From Octopus vulgaris (lineage: Eukaryota), in contig OX597821.1 of assembly GCA_951406725.2 (NCBI GenBank), forward strand, positions 59,148,001 through 59,212,000: 64,000 nt of DNA, read 5' to 3'. Within the stretch, counting starts at the first letter, position 1; each line of letters opens with the position of its first letter. Shown one piece after another: positions 53,547 to 64,000 of the stretch. A model generated the notes under the pieces. The model made no database searches. It was not told the DNA's origin and was given only the letters and a program-made list of their open reading frames with translations. A program made the position numbers and the translations under genes.

Positions 53547-54068
53547 CAGGGATGGGCAAACACCCACCTTCGGGCGCACTTGTGCCCGCGAGCCCGTTTT
53601 ATTGTGCCCGCATATTGATATACTCATATGTACAAAATATAGCAAATTTTTCAGTTATAAAAATTTATACAACATTCGTATGCCAATTTGCGATATAGGT
53701 CGCGTTTCCACTACGACTTAAGATAGTTAGAAATGGTCCGGTAATTGCCATTTGAACAGGAATTTTGTTTTCACTATAAAACACATATTGCTAGGTTTGT
53801 ACCATCTCCTTAAGACCCAACTACACTCTAGCTGAAAGATATAGAATACCGCATAAGTAATATAAACGTCCTAAATTCAGTGACGGCGTTAATGGAGATG
53901 TTAAGCATTAATTTAATGTGTTTAACTTATCTTTATTAATGTGTATCGAATTAAGCATAGATACATACAAGATTTACACAGATATAAGAGTTAGAACCTG
54001 TGGTCTGCCCGCAGACCTTTTACTTAGGAAATTTTTGCCTGCCATACTTAAAAGTTTTCTCACCCTTG
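53547..54068. mobile_element. hAT non-autonomous element
   Basis: TIRs cagggatgggcaaac / gttttctcacccttg; perfect 8-bp TSD atataaat. Confidence 0.85.
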
Positions 54069-54114
54069 ATATAAATGTAAACTCTATTTTGTCTTTTCAC
54101 AAATAAAGAGAGAA

Positions 54115-55700
54115 AAGGTGGCGAGCTGGCAGAACCGTTAGCACGTCGAGAAAATACTCAATGTCATTTTTTTCTGGCTTTAAGTTCTAAGTTCAAATGC
54201 CACCGAGGTCAACTTTGTCTTTCATTTCTTCGGGGTCGATAAAATAAGTACCCCTTGAGCACTGAGATCGATGCAATCGACTTACCCCTCATCCAAAATT
54301 GCTACCTCTGTGCCAAAACTTGAAACCATTAATAAATAGAGAGAAGTAGCGTAAGCTGGCAGAACCGTTAGCACGTCGGGAAAATGGTCAACGGCATTTC
54401 TTCGGCTTTACGTCTTGAGTTCAAATGCCGCCGGGGTCAGCGTTACCTTTGTCTCTTCGGCGTCGATAAAATAAGACGCCAGTCAAGTACAGGAGTCGAT
54501 GTTACTCACGTCCTTTATGAGTCTTAAGGCTCAAAGGAAAAAGTAATGACTTCACTATGACAACAATGAGAAATTGATTGAGTCAAAGTGTCGAGTTCAA
54601 TTCCTACTAACGATATACAAATGTTCTACTGAAGGAGTGGTATAACTTGTCTCTTTTCTACTTGATGCACCAGAACTCCTCCCCTTTAACCAATTCGGGG
54701 TGGGGCTTTGAGAGGTTCAGATGCATCGACCTACAGCTCCAAGCAAATATAATTATCTAACATATATTTTACTCGTATTTTTTGTTTTTGTTTTTTTTCT
54801 TTTTGCAACTTGGGAGTTAAAACTGGGAAAACGAGTTTCCTGTCGGCTTTTCAAATACATTGAATTAATGGGAAAAAAATTATTGAAATAAAAAAGCTCC
54901 ATGCTAAGGAAAAAGACAGTAGTTACTGCTCTTGATCATCGTACAACCTGTTGGAAATAAAAGCCAAATCTCCCTTATACCACGCCGTAATGTTTGTCAA
55001 TATAAGAACCACAAGTTCTAAGTTCAAATTCCACAGAAGCCGAAATTGCCTGCTATCCTTTCGGGGTTCATAAAATAAGTATCAGTTAAACAATGGGGTC
55101 ATGTAATCGACTTACCCCTTCCCCACTAACTTGTTGGCCTTGTACCAAAATTTGAAACCACTGGTAAGGTGGTGACTTCAGTACTGGTACCTTATTTTAC
55201 GGCGCCGGGCAAAATACTCAGTGGCATTTTGTCCGTCTTTACGTTCTGAATTCAAATTCTGCAGAGGTCGAGTTTGTCTTTCAACCGTTTGGCACAAGGT
55301 TAGCAATTTCGGGTGAGTGAGTAAGTCGACTACATTGACACTAGTACTAATTGGTATTTACTTTGTGGACCCCGGAAGGATGAAAAGCAAAGTCAACCTG
55401 GGCGGAATTTGAACTTAGAACACAAATACGGACGAAATGCCGCTAAGCATTTTGCTCGGTGTGTTAACGATTCTGCCAGCTCGCCGCCTTATGTGTTATT
55501 GATTTCAAATTTTGTTACAAAGCCAGCAATTTCGGAGGAGGGGACTAGTCGATTACATCGATCCAAGCCTTCAACTGGTACTTATTTTATGGACCCTGAA
55601 AGAATGAGACCACGGCAGAACTCAGAAAGTAAAGACGGAAGAAATACCGCTAAGCATTTTGCCTGGCGAACTAACGATTCTGGCAGCTCGCCGCCTTGCA
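54115..55700. mobile_element. Cluster of about six SINE B copies in both orientations
   Basis: Plus copies at 54115, 54350, 55015 and 55200; minus copies at 55290-55490 and 55500-55700. Confidence 0.85.
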
Positions 55701-56675
55701 TGTTAATAAAAACTAGACTGTGAGAGTGGTATATGAGCCACTGATTCAATGCAGTGTAGTTCACATGACACGAACCACCAACACTGTGACTCGTCGTCCC
55801 ATACCGCATCGACTGCTTATTAGCATTATCACTGAACTGCAAAGAATGAGGTTAAATTCAGTATTGTTAAATGTCATTGTTTAGTATCAGAGTAACCCCG
55901 GCCAAGCAGATCTCTGATCAAAAACATTCTGGCTATAAACATACCGATCATTTTTCGTTCATTGTGTTAAATCTAAGACCACATTGTCCATTATATCTTC
56001 CCCTTTTGTTCTCAACACTGTTAAAGTGCGCTACGGGGTCGATAGTTTTAGTAAATTGAGCGACCATGTAAAGCAATGGTTCCCAAACTCTTCACTTCTA
56101 AAGACCATTTCTTATTTAAATTAAGTATTATTTTTTCTTTTTCTCACGGATACTAAGCTTTTGAAAGTTATGTCTACTGAATAAGTCGATTTTACAAACA
56201 ACTAACTCGTTTTCTCAGTTTCATTTCTTAGTTGAGAAAAATCTTTTTTTTTTATCGTTTACTTATTTTTAATCTGGACTGTGGCCATGCTGAAGCACCT
56301 TCGACAAATGTCTTCTTCAATAGCTCCCAAGTTGATCAATGCCTTATTGAGTGAATTTGGTAGACGGAAGTTGCGAAGAAGCCCGCCATATATAAAGGAT
56401 AGTTTTCCTTACATATTTTTAGCATTCCTGTGCTTCAGCGGAAATTACGATTCTGAACATAGTTCCTCCGCAATAAATAAATAAATAAATAGATAAATAA
56501 ATAAATAAAACATTCAACTTTTAAACATTCTTGCATCCAACTCCCGAACGCGTTTCCTATCTTGGCATATTTATTTTATAAGCCAATACGATAAGTCCCG
56601 TAAAAACAGAAAATTTTAATGAAGTACATTAACAAATAGAAATCAGCGGAGTTTTGGAAAAGGGTAGTTTTCCTA

Positions 56676-56772
<97 letters not shown>

Positions 56773-57479
56773 TTTTTTTTTTTTTTTTTTTCTTGAGTTC
56801 CATTTAACAAAAATTAGGATTGTGAAAAAAATGTTTTTTGAAATGTTTCCGTTTCTTATACTTTTGCTTTCATTTCTGCAGTTGCCATTATATCTCCTTA
56901 ATTCTTGTGTCCATCTGCTTCTACAACCCTCTCTCTCTTCTGTTCTCCCTCCTAAATTCTTTTGTTCCTCTGGTTCTATTTTCCTCTCTCTTCTCTTCCC
57001 ACATGACCGATAGGCCAGACTGCACGCTCTTTTTGGGTCTGACCGTGGTCTGTGCAACATCGATATTCTTCCCTGTGTTTATGAAACTTTTGTATCTCTG
57101 CCGTAAGGCTTCATTTCTACACACGCCAGCTTAATTCAATTCGTCTCCAGTCGAAAGACACCGGATCTTTTCACTTTGACCGGCAGATTTTTTAAATAAT
57201 TTCTTTATAACGAAACACTTTTAAACTTCGTATACTGGTAGTGTGTTACATAAAACATCTTTTTCTCTGGGTTTTCTTGAGAAAATTCTGTAGTTTGTAA
57301 GCTATTTGTTGTTTAATTTCTTGCATTTCGGCAATTTCAACCAATCAATGACATCTATTGAGGTGAATACAATATCTGCCGTATTTTGTCAGCAACATTT
57401 TCTGGCGGTGTCATATGAATTTGTCACTGTTATTTATGAGAAAAAAGATACCCTGTGGCCATAAACGGAGGGGTCACTC

Positions 57480-57845
57480 GTAAACAGACACTGGAAAACT
57501 ATCCCAGGTTGAATCAAATCATAAAAAGTAAAACAATCCAAATCAATGAAAGAATAATAACAAAAGCCAAATTTTACAAATTAACAACAGGACCAACAAT
57601 AACAAAATGTGGAAGACCCAATTGTAGTATATGTTAAATTTGTCAGAAGGATCGGAGATCCGTTTCAAACAAGATCTATTTTCACAATGAAAAATAACTT
57701 CAACTGTGACCTGAAAATATAATCTATGTAATTACACGCTCAAAATTGTAGAGAGAACTATAGGGCAAACCGAAATGTCCTTAAGACAACGCATGGCCGT
57801 GTGTATACCACAAATTAAAATACCGGAATACAGACAAATAAGAAG
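57480..57845 (+). pseudogene. Penelope-like element GIY-YIG endonuclease remnant
   Basis: KCGRPNCSIC, then across frameshifts NNFNCD, NIIYVIT, CREN(Y)IGQTEMSLRQRM and IKIPEYRQI. This matches the PLE layout of a Cys linker followed by the IY...YIGQT...LRxR nuclease. Confidence 0.8.
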
Positions 57846-58737
57846 GCATGGCCTGTTGCAAAATCTAGAAAGGGATCGAGTCTGCCAGGTCTAAATTGCC
57901 TAACATGCGCTATATGTCACGACGGCGCCCCAAAGATTCCATGTTCAATAAAAAGCAAATCAAAGAAAATAACTCAGTAAAATGCTGTGTTGTTTTATAA
58001 AAATTAGTTTGAGGATTCTGAGTTCATGTCTTCGTAAGGGTGAGGCTTTGTCGCTATTTAATTTTGTTTTAATCTGTCCAAGACTGATTCAAGTTGTAAC
58101 ATTTACTGGTAGATCGAATCGAAAAATTTCCTCGGCTTTGAACATGCAAATACAGGCACAATTAAAATAATTTTGACACTAATATAGAATTTCTACGTAT
58201 ATATATATGAGTATGCATGTGTGCATGATGGATGTGCGTGAGAGTGTGTATATTTATACACGTGCGTGGCTGTGCGGTAAGAAATTTGCTTCCCAATCAC
58301 GTGGTTCCAGTTCCACTGCATGATGCCTTGGACAAGTATCTAGGTGGCTTCTTCTATAGCCTCGGGCCAACCGAAGCCTTGTGAATGGATTTGGTAGACG
58401 GAAACTGAAAGAAACCCGTCGTATACAGACACACATACATACACACACATACACGCACACATATAAATGCGAGTGTTTATGGTTATGTATCTGTATTTGG
58501 CCCAAAAAAGCTCTGAAACAATGCATCCTCGAGAAAAACGAGTCTTTAAAAGAGATTACGACAGCGTTTCTGGGAATTAATAGTTATCGCCATACTAATA
58601 TGGCATTCTTAAAAATAAGAATAAAGCTGTCGCTGATTAGCTCCATGAAGCCATCGCCTCCAGCTAGCTACTTGACACACAAACTGCGTCCGTTATTAAA
58701 CCTTCGAACAGGGAGGTCAGCCGCTTCAACCTGCTAG

Positions 58738-58795
58738 TCCGACAGCTACAGACATGTTTCAGGTTGTTGCCCCTTCTCAATGCAGCGTAGTCAGA
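58738..58795 (-). ncRNA. Degenerate type I hammerhead ribozyme motif
   Basis: tctgac tac gctgca-TTGAGAA-ggggcaacaacct-GAAA-catg-TC-tgtagc t gtcgga. Helix I pairs, helix III is palindromic, the cleavage triplet is GUC, and the core box is mutated. Confidence 0.55.
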
Positions 58796-59064
58796 CCTGC
58801 AGGTGTCGCTACTGACCGTCTCAGTTCGAAGATTCTATTTACCTAGTTACGGTGGAATACATCCACTTGTTTTCAATAATAGAAATATTAAAATTACTAA
58901 GTCTCTGAGAGATATATATACGAGTACATTTCACTGTTTCAAAGCTATGTTTAAGATAGCGTGTTAGTGCAAGCATGAATTAACCGAAGCAAAATACCAT
59001 ATACTTAAATATATGCACCAGAGGGAATGTGTGTGTGTGTGTGTGTGTAAGTGTGTAAGTGTGT

Positions 59065-59120
<56 letters not shown>

Positions 59121-59610
59121 CTGTGTGGACGAATAAATGGATAAATAAATGTGAAAACAGAAAAAAATTCAAACATTTTATTATCTTTTCGCAAAAAATA
59201 ATCACATCCTGCATCTCTGGTTGTCATTCCAAGTATTTTCAGGAAAGCGAAATTATTGAATTGTTTTCCGTATATCTGAAAAAAATATATATCTAAATTT
59301 CCGTTCAACGTAAGTTGATCTATTCAGAAATCTGAGATATAATTTCCCACCATTAGATATTTCAGTTATAGTAAATGGAATGTATTTGAAAAGATATTAA
59401 TTTCATATACAGATGCATATCCATACACATACATACATAAACATATTTCATACATTTGTTCATACACGCATACACACGCATATATACGCATCCACAATAA
59501 AACGCAATGCACACGCACATACATACACACACATACATACACACACAATAAAAACGCAATGCACACGCACATACATACACACACATACGCATACAAACAA
59601 ATTAGTTTAA

Positions 59611-59774
59611 GCGTAGGAGTGGCTGTGTGGTAAGTAGCCTGCTTACCAACCACATGGTGCCGGGTTCAGTCCCACTGCGTGGCACCTTGGGCAAGTGTCT
59701 TCTACTATAACCTCGGGCCGACTAAAGCCTTGTGAATGGATTTGGTAGACAGAAACTGAAAGAAGCCGGTCGTA

Positions 59775-59822
<48 letters not shown>

Positions 59823-59884
59823 CTAAGCCACTTGGTGTTAAATTGACGGTATTATTAAATTAATATCGATTTTTCACCCTCATT

Positions 59885-59953
<69 letters not shown>

Positions 59954-60218
59954 ATGTGTATGTGTATGTGTGTGTGTATGTGTGTGTGTGTGTGTGTATG
60001 TTTGTGTGTCTGTGTTTGTCCCCCCAACATCGCTTGACAACCGATGCTGGTGTGTTTACGTCCCCGTAACTTAGTGGTTCGGCAAAAGAAGCCAATAGAA
60101 TAAGTACTAGGCTTACAAACAATAAGCTCTGGGGTCGATTTGCTCGACTAAAGGCGGTGCTCCAGTACGGTCGCAGTCAAATGAATGAAACAAGTAAAAG
60201 AGTAAAACAGTAAGTAAA
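59611..60218 (+). mobile_element. SINE family A, full-length reference copy with an insert in its microsatellite
   Basis: tRNA-like head (gtgtggtaag, ggttcagtccc), ccttgggcaagt core-like segment, (TA)n/(TG)n middle, and tail ggcggtgctccag...gcagtcaaatga..gaaacaagtaaaag. Confidence 0.92.
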
Positions 60219-60248
60219 CACACGCACACATATGCATGTATGTATGCA

Positions 60249-60303
<55 letters not shown>

Positions 60304-60558
60304 ATGTATGCATATATGAATATATGTATTTTTTCATTCTTCTATTCTTTTACTTGTTTCAGACATTTGACTGCGACCATGATGGAGCAGCGCCTTAATG
60401 AGTATTAGTCGAAAAAAATCTCCTCCAGAACTTACGCTTTGTAAGTTTTTTTTTATTCTATCGGTCTCTTTTGCTGAACCGATAGTTTACAGAGACATAA
60501 ACACACCGGCAACGGTTATCGAGCGGTGGCAGAGAGACAAACACAAACACACACAAGA

Positions 60559-60597
<39 letters not shown>

Positions 60598-60639
60598 TAT
60601 GTATGTATAATAAATTATATATATATATATATACTTGCA

Positions 60640-61150
60640 TATATGGGTACAGGACTTCACCAACGGCGCAAATAACATCAAATACGTAAACAAACAAGGG
60701 GAAAACGAGTGAATTATATAAAAACGAGAAAAAAATGGAAAACAGGACAAATAAACACAGATAGTGGACCTTTCATCAGTTGTCTATCTGCTCCTCATTT
60801 TGAGCATTCAAAGACAATACGACAATACGAGTCTTCAAAGATAGTTGCTCCCATAAATTCTAAAATAAAGTTTAGGATTTATGGAGGGTGAAAGTTGAGA
60901 AAATAAACATAATAGTGAAAACGTACAAGGAAAGCGAACGAAAGCAAACATAGAGGGTAGTAAGACCAAAACGAGAGGAAAATAGGGAACGATGGGAGAA
61001 ACACTTTTATTGAAAAAAGAAAAGATAGAAGAGAGAGAAAAAAACACGTCTGTTCATTTAAATGCAGGAAACGAAAGTTGGTCACGTGAGGAAAAGAAAG
61101 ATGGACGATGGTCACGTGTGAGCAAAGAGCGATAGAGAAAGAGAGTGACA
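60640..61150 (-). mobile_element. PLE-like terminus inside a minus-strand SINE A copy (tail 60345-60560, head 61150-61222)
   Basis: The minus strand has a pyrimidine-rich stretch, caactgatgaaagg and a T-rich tail running toward (TA)n. Confidence 0.45.
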
Positions 61151-61544
61151 GGTCCCACGCAGTGGGGTTGAACCCGTAACCATGTGGTTGGGAAGCAAGC
61201 TTCTTACCACACAGCTACGCCTGATATGTATGTGTGTGGATGTGTGTGTGTGTGTGTATGTATGTACATATATGTAGTCACTATGAGGATATTTAGACCT
61301 CTTATAGGCATACTTTTATCCAAAATACACTGATTTAATATACTGTATTTTCAAGAGATATTTATTTAATGAATATATTATATAAAATATCATAAGATAT
61401 CAAATATCATTATTAAGTTTGAAAACTTTATATATATATAGCTATATAGCGGCATACGTATACCCTTGTGCTCACCTTTTAGTAGATATGTATCTAAATT
61501 TTGTACGACTCTTACTTTATCTTTTATTCCCCCTCTCATTTTTC

Positions 61545-61598
<54 letters not shown>

Positions 61599-61669
61599 TC
61601 TCACATTCCTTGGCCCTCTCTTTTTTTTCTAATCCTCCAATCCCTCTCTCCCCTACCCATCTCTCCTCC

Positions 61670-62184
61670 TTTCACGTGACCGGTGTCCAGCCAGCCATGA
61701 TCTTTCTTTCTTGGTCTGACTGCCGACCGTCAAAACGTCCTGTATCCATCTCCCATGATCCTGCATTTAGGCTTTTAGTTCATACACGCCAGCTCAATTC
61801 GAATCGTTCTCAATCGAAAGACGCCTGTTGTTATTCCTTGTTGTTGTATTCGTAATTGTGTACCATGTTCTCTTTTTTGTTTGTTTGTTTTGTTGTTTTT
61901 TTCGTCTTTGTTGCCGTACACATTCGCTAGCTTTCTTACAAAGGGGTCTAATGCTCTTAGCTTAGACTTTTTGGGGGACAACCAGAACGAATCATCTCAA
62001 GTGTAACTGTCTAAAATGGTCGTAACTTTTGGTACTTGATTGATGAAAAAAAGCCGAGGACGACACGTCTTGGTTTTTTGGGTTTTTTTTTTTGCATGTC
62101 CTTCTAATTGTTGTTTCTCTTGTTCCCCTTTGTGTCGTCTATCTTTCCGAACGTTTTAATGTCCTTTATTGCGTTTTTGTTCCA

Positions 62185-62190
<6 letters not shown>
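61670..62190 (+). mobile_element. PLE-like terminal region (family P2 end)
   Basis: acacgccagct.aatt...cgaaagac.cc is shared with 57120-57162, next to the GIY-YIG remnant. ctcaagtgtaac...tgatgaa is shared with 22516. Confidence 0.5.
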
Positions 62191-62220
<30 letters not shown>

Positions 62221-62221
<1 letters not shown>

Positions 62222-63510
62222 GAGGGGCGTTCAATAAGTAATGCCTCTGACCCACTTGCAGTTGTTTGATCTAGCTGAAATTGTGCATGTGCAATTACCT
62301 ATATCTCTATAGATTAAGTGGCAAATTACACCTCTGAACTAATTGTGGTTTCCGATTTACAGGTGTTTGAACTGAGTCAAGTGTGAAATGGAGCATGTTG
62401 AGTGTCGAGCAGTGATCCGGTTTTTGTATTTGAAAGGACGCACACCACGGGAGACTTTTCATGAAATGAAAGTAACTTATGGTGATGATGCCTCATCATA
62501 TGACCTTGTAAAACGCTGGCATCGTGAATTCAAACATGGTCGGAACTCTGTGGAAACAGCTCCCAGATCTGGTCGCCCCCTTCTGCCATTGATGAGGCAT
62601 CTGTCTGTCAAGTTGAGGCTGCCATTTTGGAAGATCGACGCATAATTATTCGCCAAATAGCCCATGAGGTCAAGATTAGTACCGGGTCTGTGGAAACTAT
62701 CATTCATGACCATTTGCATATGCAAAAGGTGTCTGCCAGATGGATTCCCAGGTTGCTCACACCTTTCCAGAAGCAAGAACGCGTCGATTGCTCGTGGATG
62801 AATTTGGAGATGTGCCAAGAAGATGAGTCAAAATTTTTCAAAAGACTGATTGCATAGGATAAAACCTGGGTCCATCATTATGATCCAGAGACCAAAGCCC
62901 AGTCAATGCAGTGGAAGCACTGTGACTCATCTTCTCCAAAGAAGGCAAGGGTGCAGCCCTCCGCTGGCAAGGTCATGCTTACAGTCTTCTGGGACCAGGA
63001 CGGAGTAGTGAAGACAGATTTCCTGGCAAAGGGTGCCACAATTACAGGAGTCTATTATGCTTCACTTTTGAGGAAATTAAGAGAAGCTATCAAAATCAAG
63101 AGGCGGGGCAAGATCAGCAAAGGCATCCTCCTCCTGCAGGACAACGCTCCGATCCACAACTCGCGTGTCGCCAGATCAGAAACACAGGCGTGCGGCTATG
63201 AACTCCTCTCCCATCCCCCCTACTCTCCTGACCTTGCACCCTCTGATTTTCACCTCTTCCAGCCATGAAATTGTTTTTGAAAGGAAAGCGTTTCCCAGAT
63301 GATGCAGCCTTGATTTCTGAAGTCACATCGTGGTTGGAGGACCAAGCTGGGGTCTTCTACAAAAACGGTCTTCAGAGCTGCATCAAACGATGGGAGAAAT
63401 GCGTAACTCTGGGTGGTTCCTATGTAGAAAAAGACTAATAACTGTTCCAAGTTTCGTTGCTCTACTGCTATGGGAAGTGGGTCAGGGGCATTACTTATTG
63501 AACGCCTCTC

Positions 63511-63511
<1 letters not shown>
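62221..63511 (+). mobile_element. Full-length mariner transposon (irritans/Himar1-like by inference) in (TA)n
   Basis: TIRs cgaggggcgttcaataagtaatgcctctgacccactt / aagtgggtcaggggcattacttattgaacgcctctcg; TA flanks; about 1.29 kb. Confidence 0.97.
62388..63438 (+). pseudogene. Mariner DD34D transposase pseudogene
   Basis: MEHVECRAVIRF, RSGRP, WIPRLL, DKTWVHHYDPETK, LQDNAP and YSPDLAPSDF. Frameshifts near 62580 and 63262, and a stop at 62855. Confidence 0.95.
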
Positions 63512-63551
<40 letters not shown>

Positions 63552-63663
63552 CCCCCCTCCCCCCAAAAAAAAACGAAGAACAAACACAACAAGAAAGAAC
63601 AACAATGCGAGCACGTGGTACATGCAAAGTATTAGCAGACGCTTAGGGAAGGAAAGCAAGGTA

Positions 63664-63698
63664 GTTTTACGTTTCGAGCAAAGCTCTTCGTCAGAAAC
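63664..63698 (-). ncRNA. Minimal type I hammerhead ribozyme in a PLE-like terminus (about 63560-63750)
   Basis: gttt-CTGACGA-a-gagc ttt gctc-GAAA-cg-TA-aaac. Intact core boxes, helix II gagc/gctc, helix I gttt/aaac and palindromic ACGT helix III. Confidence 0.75.
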
Positions 63699-64000
63699 AG
63701 GGGACAGAGGAAAGTCCAAGAGAAAAGGAAGACGGAATAGATTCAGATTAGTTTATGCTATAGAAATTTATACTGGGTCAAGGAATCTCCAACTAACTAG
63801 GGCAGACCAAAATCCAAGTAGAAGAATGGGCACAGACGAAAGAATTTTTCTACTGAACTTTTCGCTTAGTTTATAGGATTCTAGCAATTTTTCTTTAACA
63901 TTTGTCTTATGCTAACTGGAAGAAAACAAATTTCAACATTATATAATAGTAGAAGGCGGCGAGCTAGCAGAATCTTTAGCACGCCGGACATCACGCTTAG

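Noticed and set aside
54115-54505. CRISPR-like repeat array
   Set aside because: The units are about 200-bp diverged SINEs with no regular repeat-spacer structure.
59611-59680. tRNA gene
   Set aside because: Only A/B-box-like motifs with no full cloverleaf; it is a SINE head.

Overview
AT-rich, microsatellite-dense eukaryotic DNA made almost entirely of transposable elements. No host exon could be supported. The repeat landscape resembles an octopus genome, but this is inferred from SINE families and repeat density, not verified. Contents: (1) a cluster of CR1/L2-type LINEs at 27.6-35.7 kb, including a 733-aa RT ORF and an RT-deleted copy; (2) RTE, RTE-X and Tx1 LINE fragments; (3) a full-length but inactivated mariner at 62.2-63.5 kb; (4) hAT, pogo, Mutator-like and Helentron-like non-autonomous elements; (5) two abundant tRNA-derived SINE families; (6) many Penelope-like element (PLE) remnants. 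The most interesting signal is a set of hammerhead-ribozyme-like motifs in at least four unrelated PLE-type termini. Several of these termini form long hairpins and sit inside the internal microsatellite of one SINE family. A further terminus family carries the two hammerhead core boxes in reversed order. Each SINE family also shares a 3' tail with a LINE in the window, which points to its likely mobilising partner. Most short ORFs in the supplied track are microsatellite artefacts. Boundaries were read by eye and are approximate unless a TSD or TIR is quoted.
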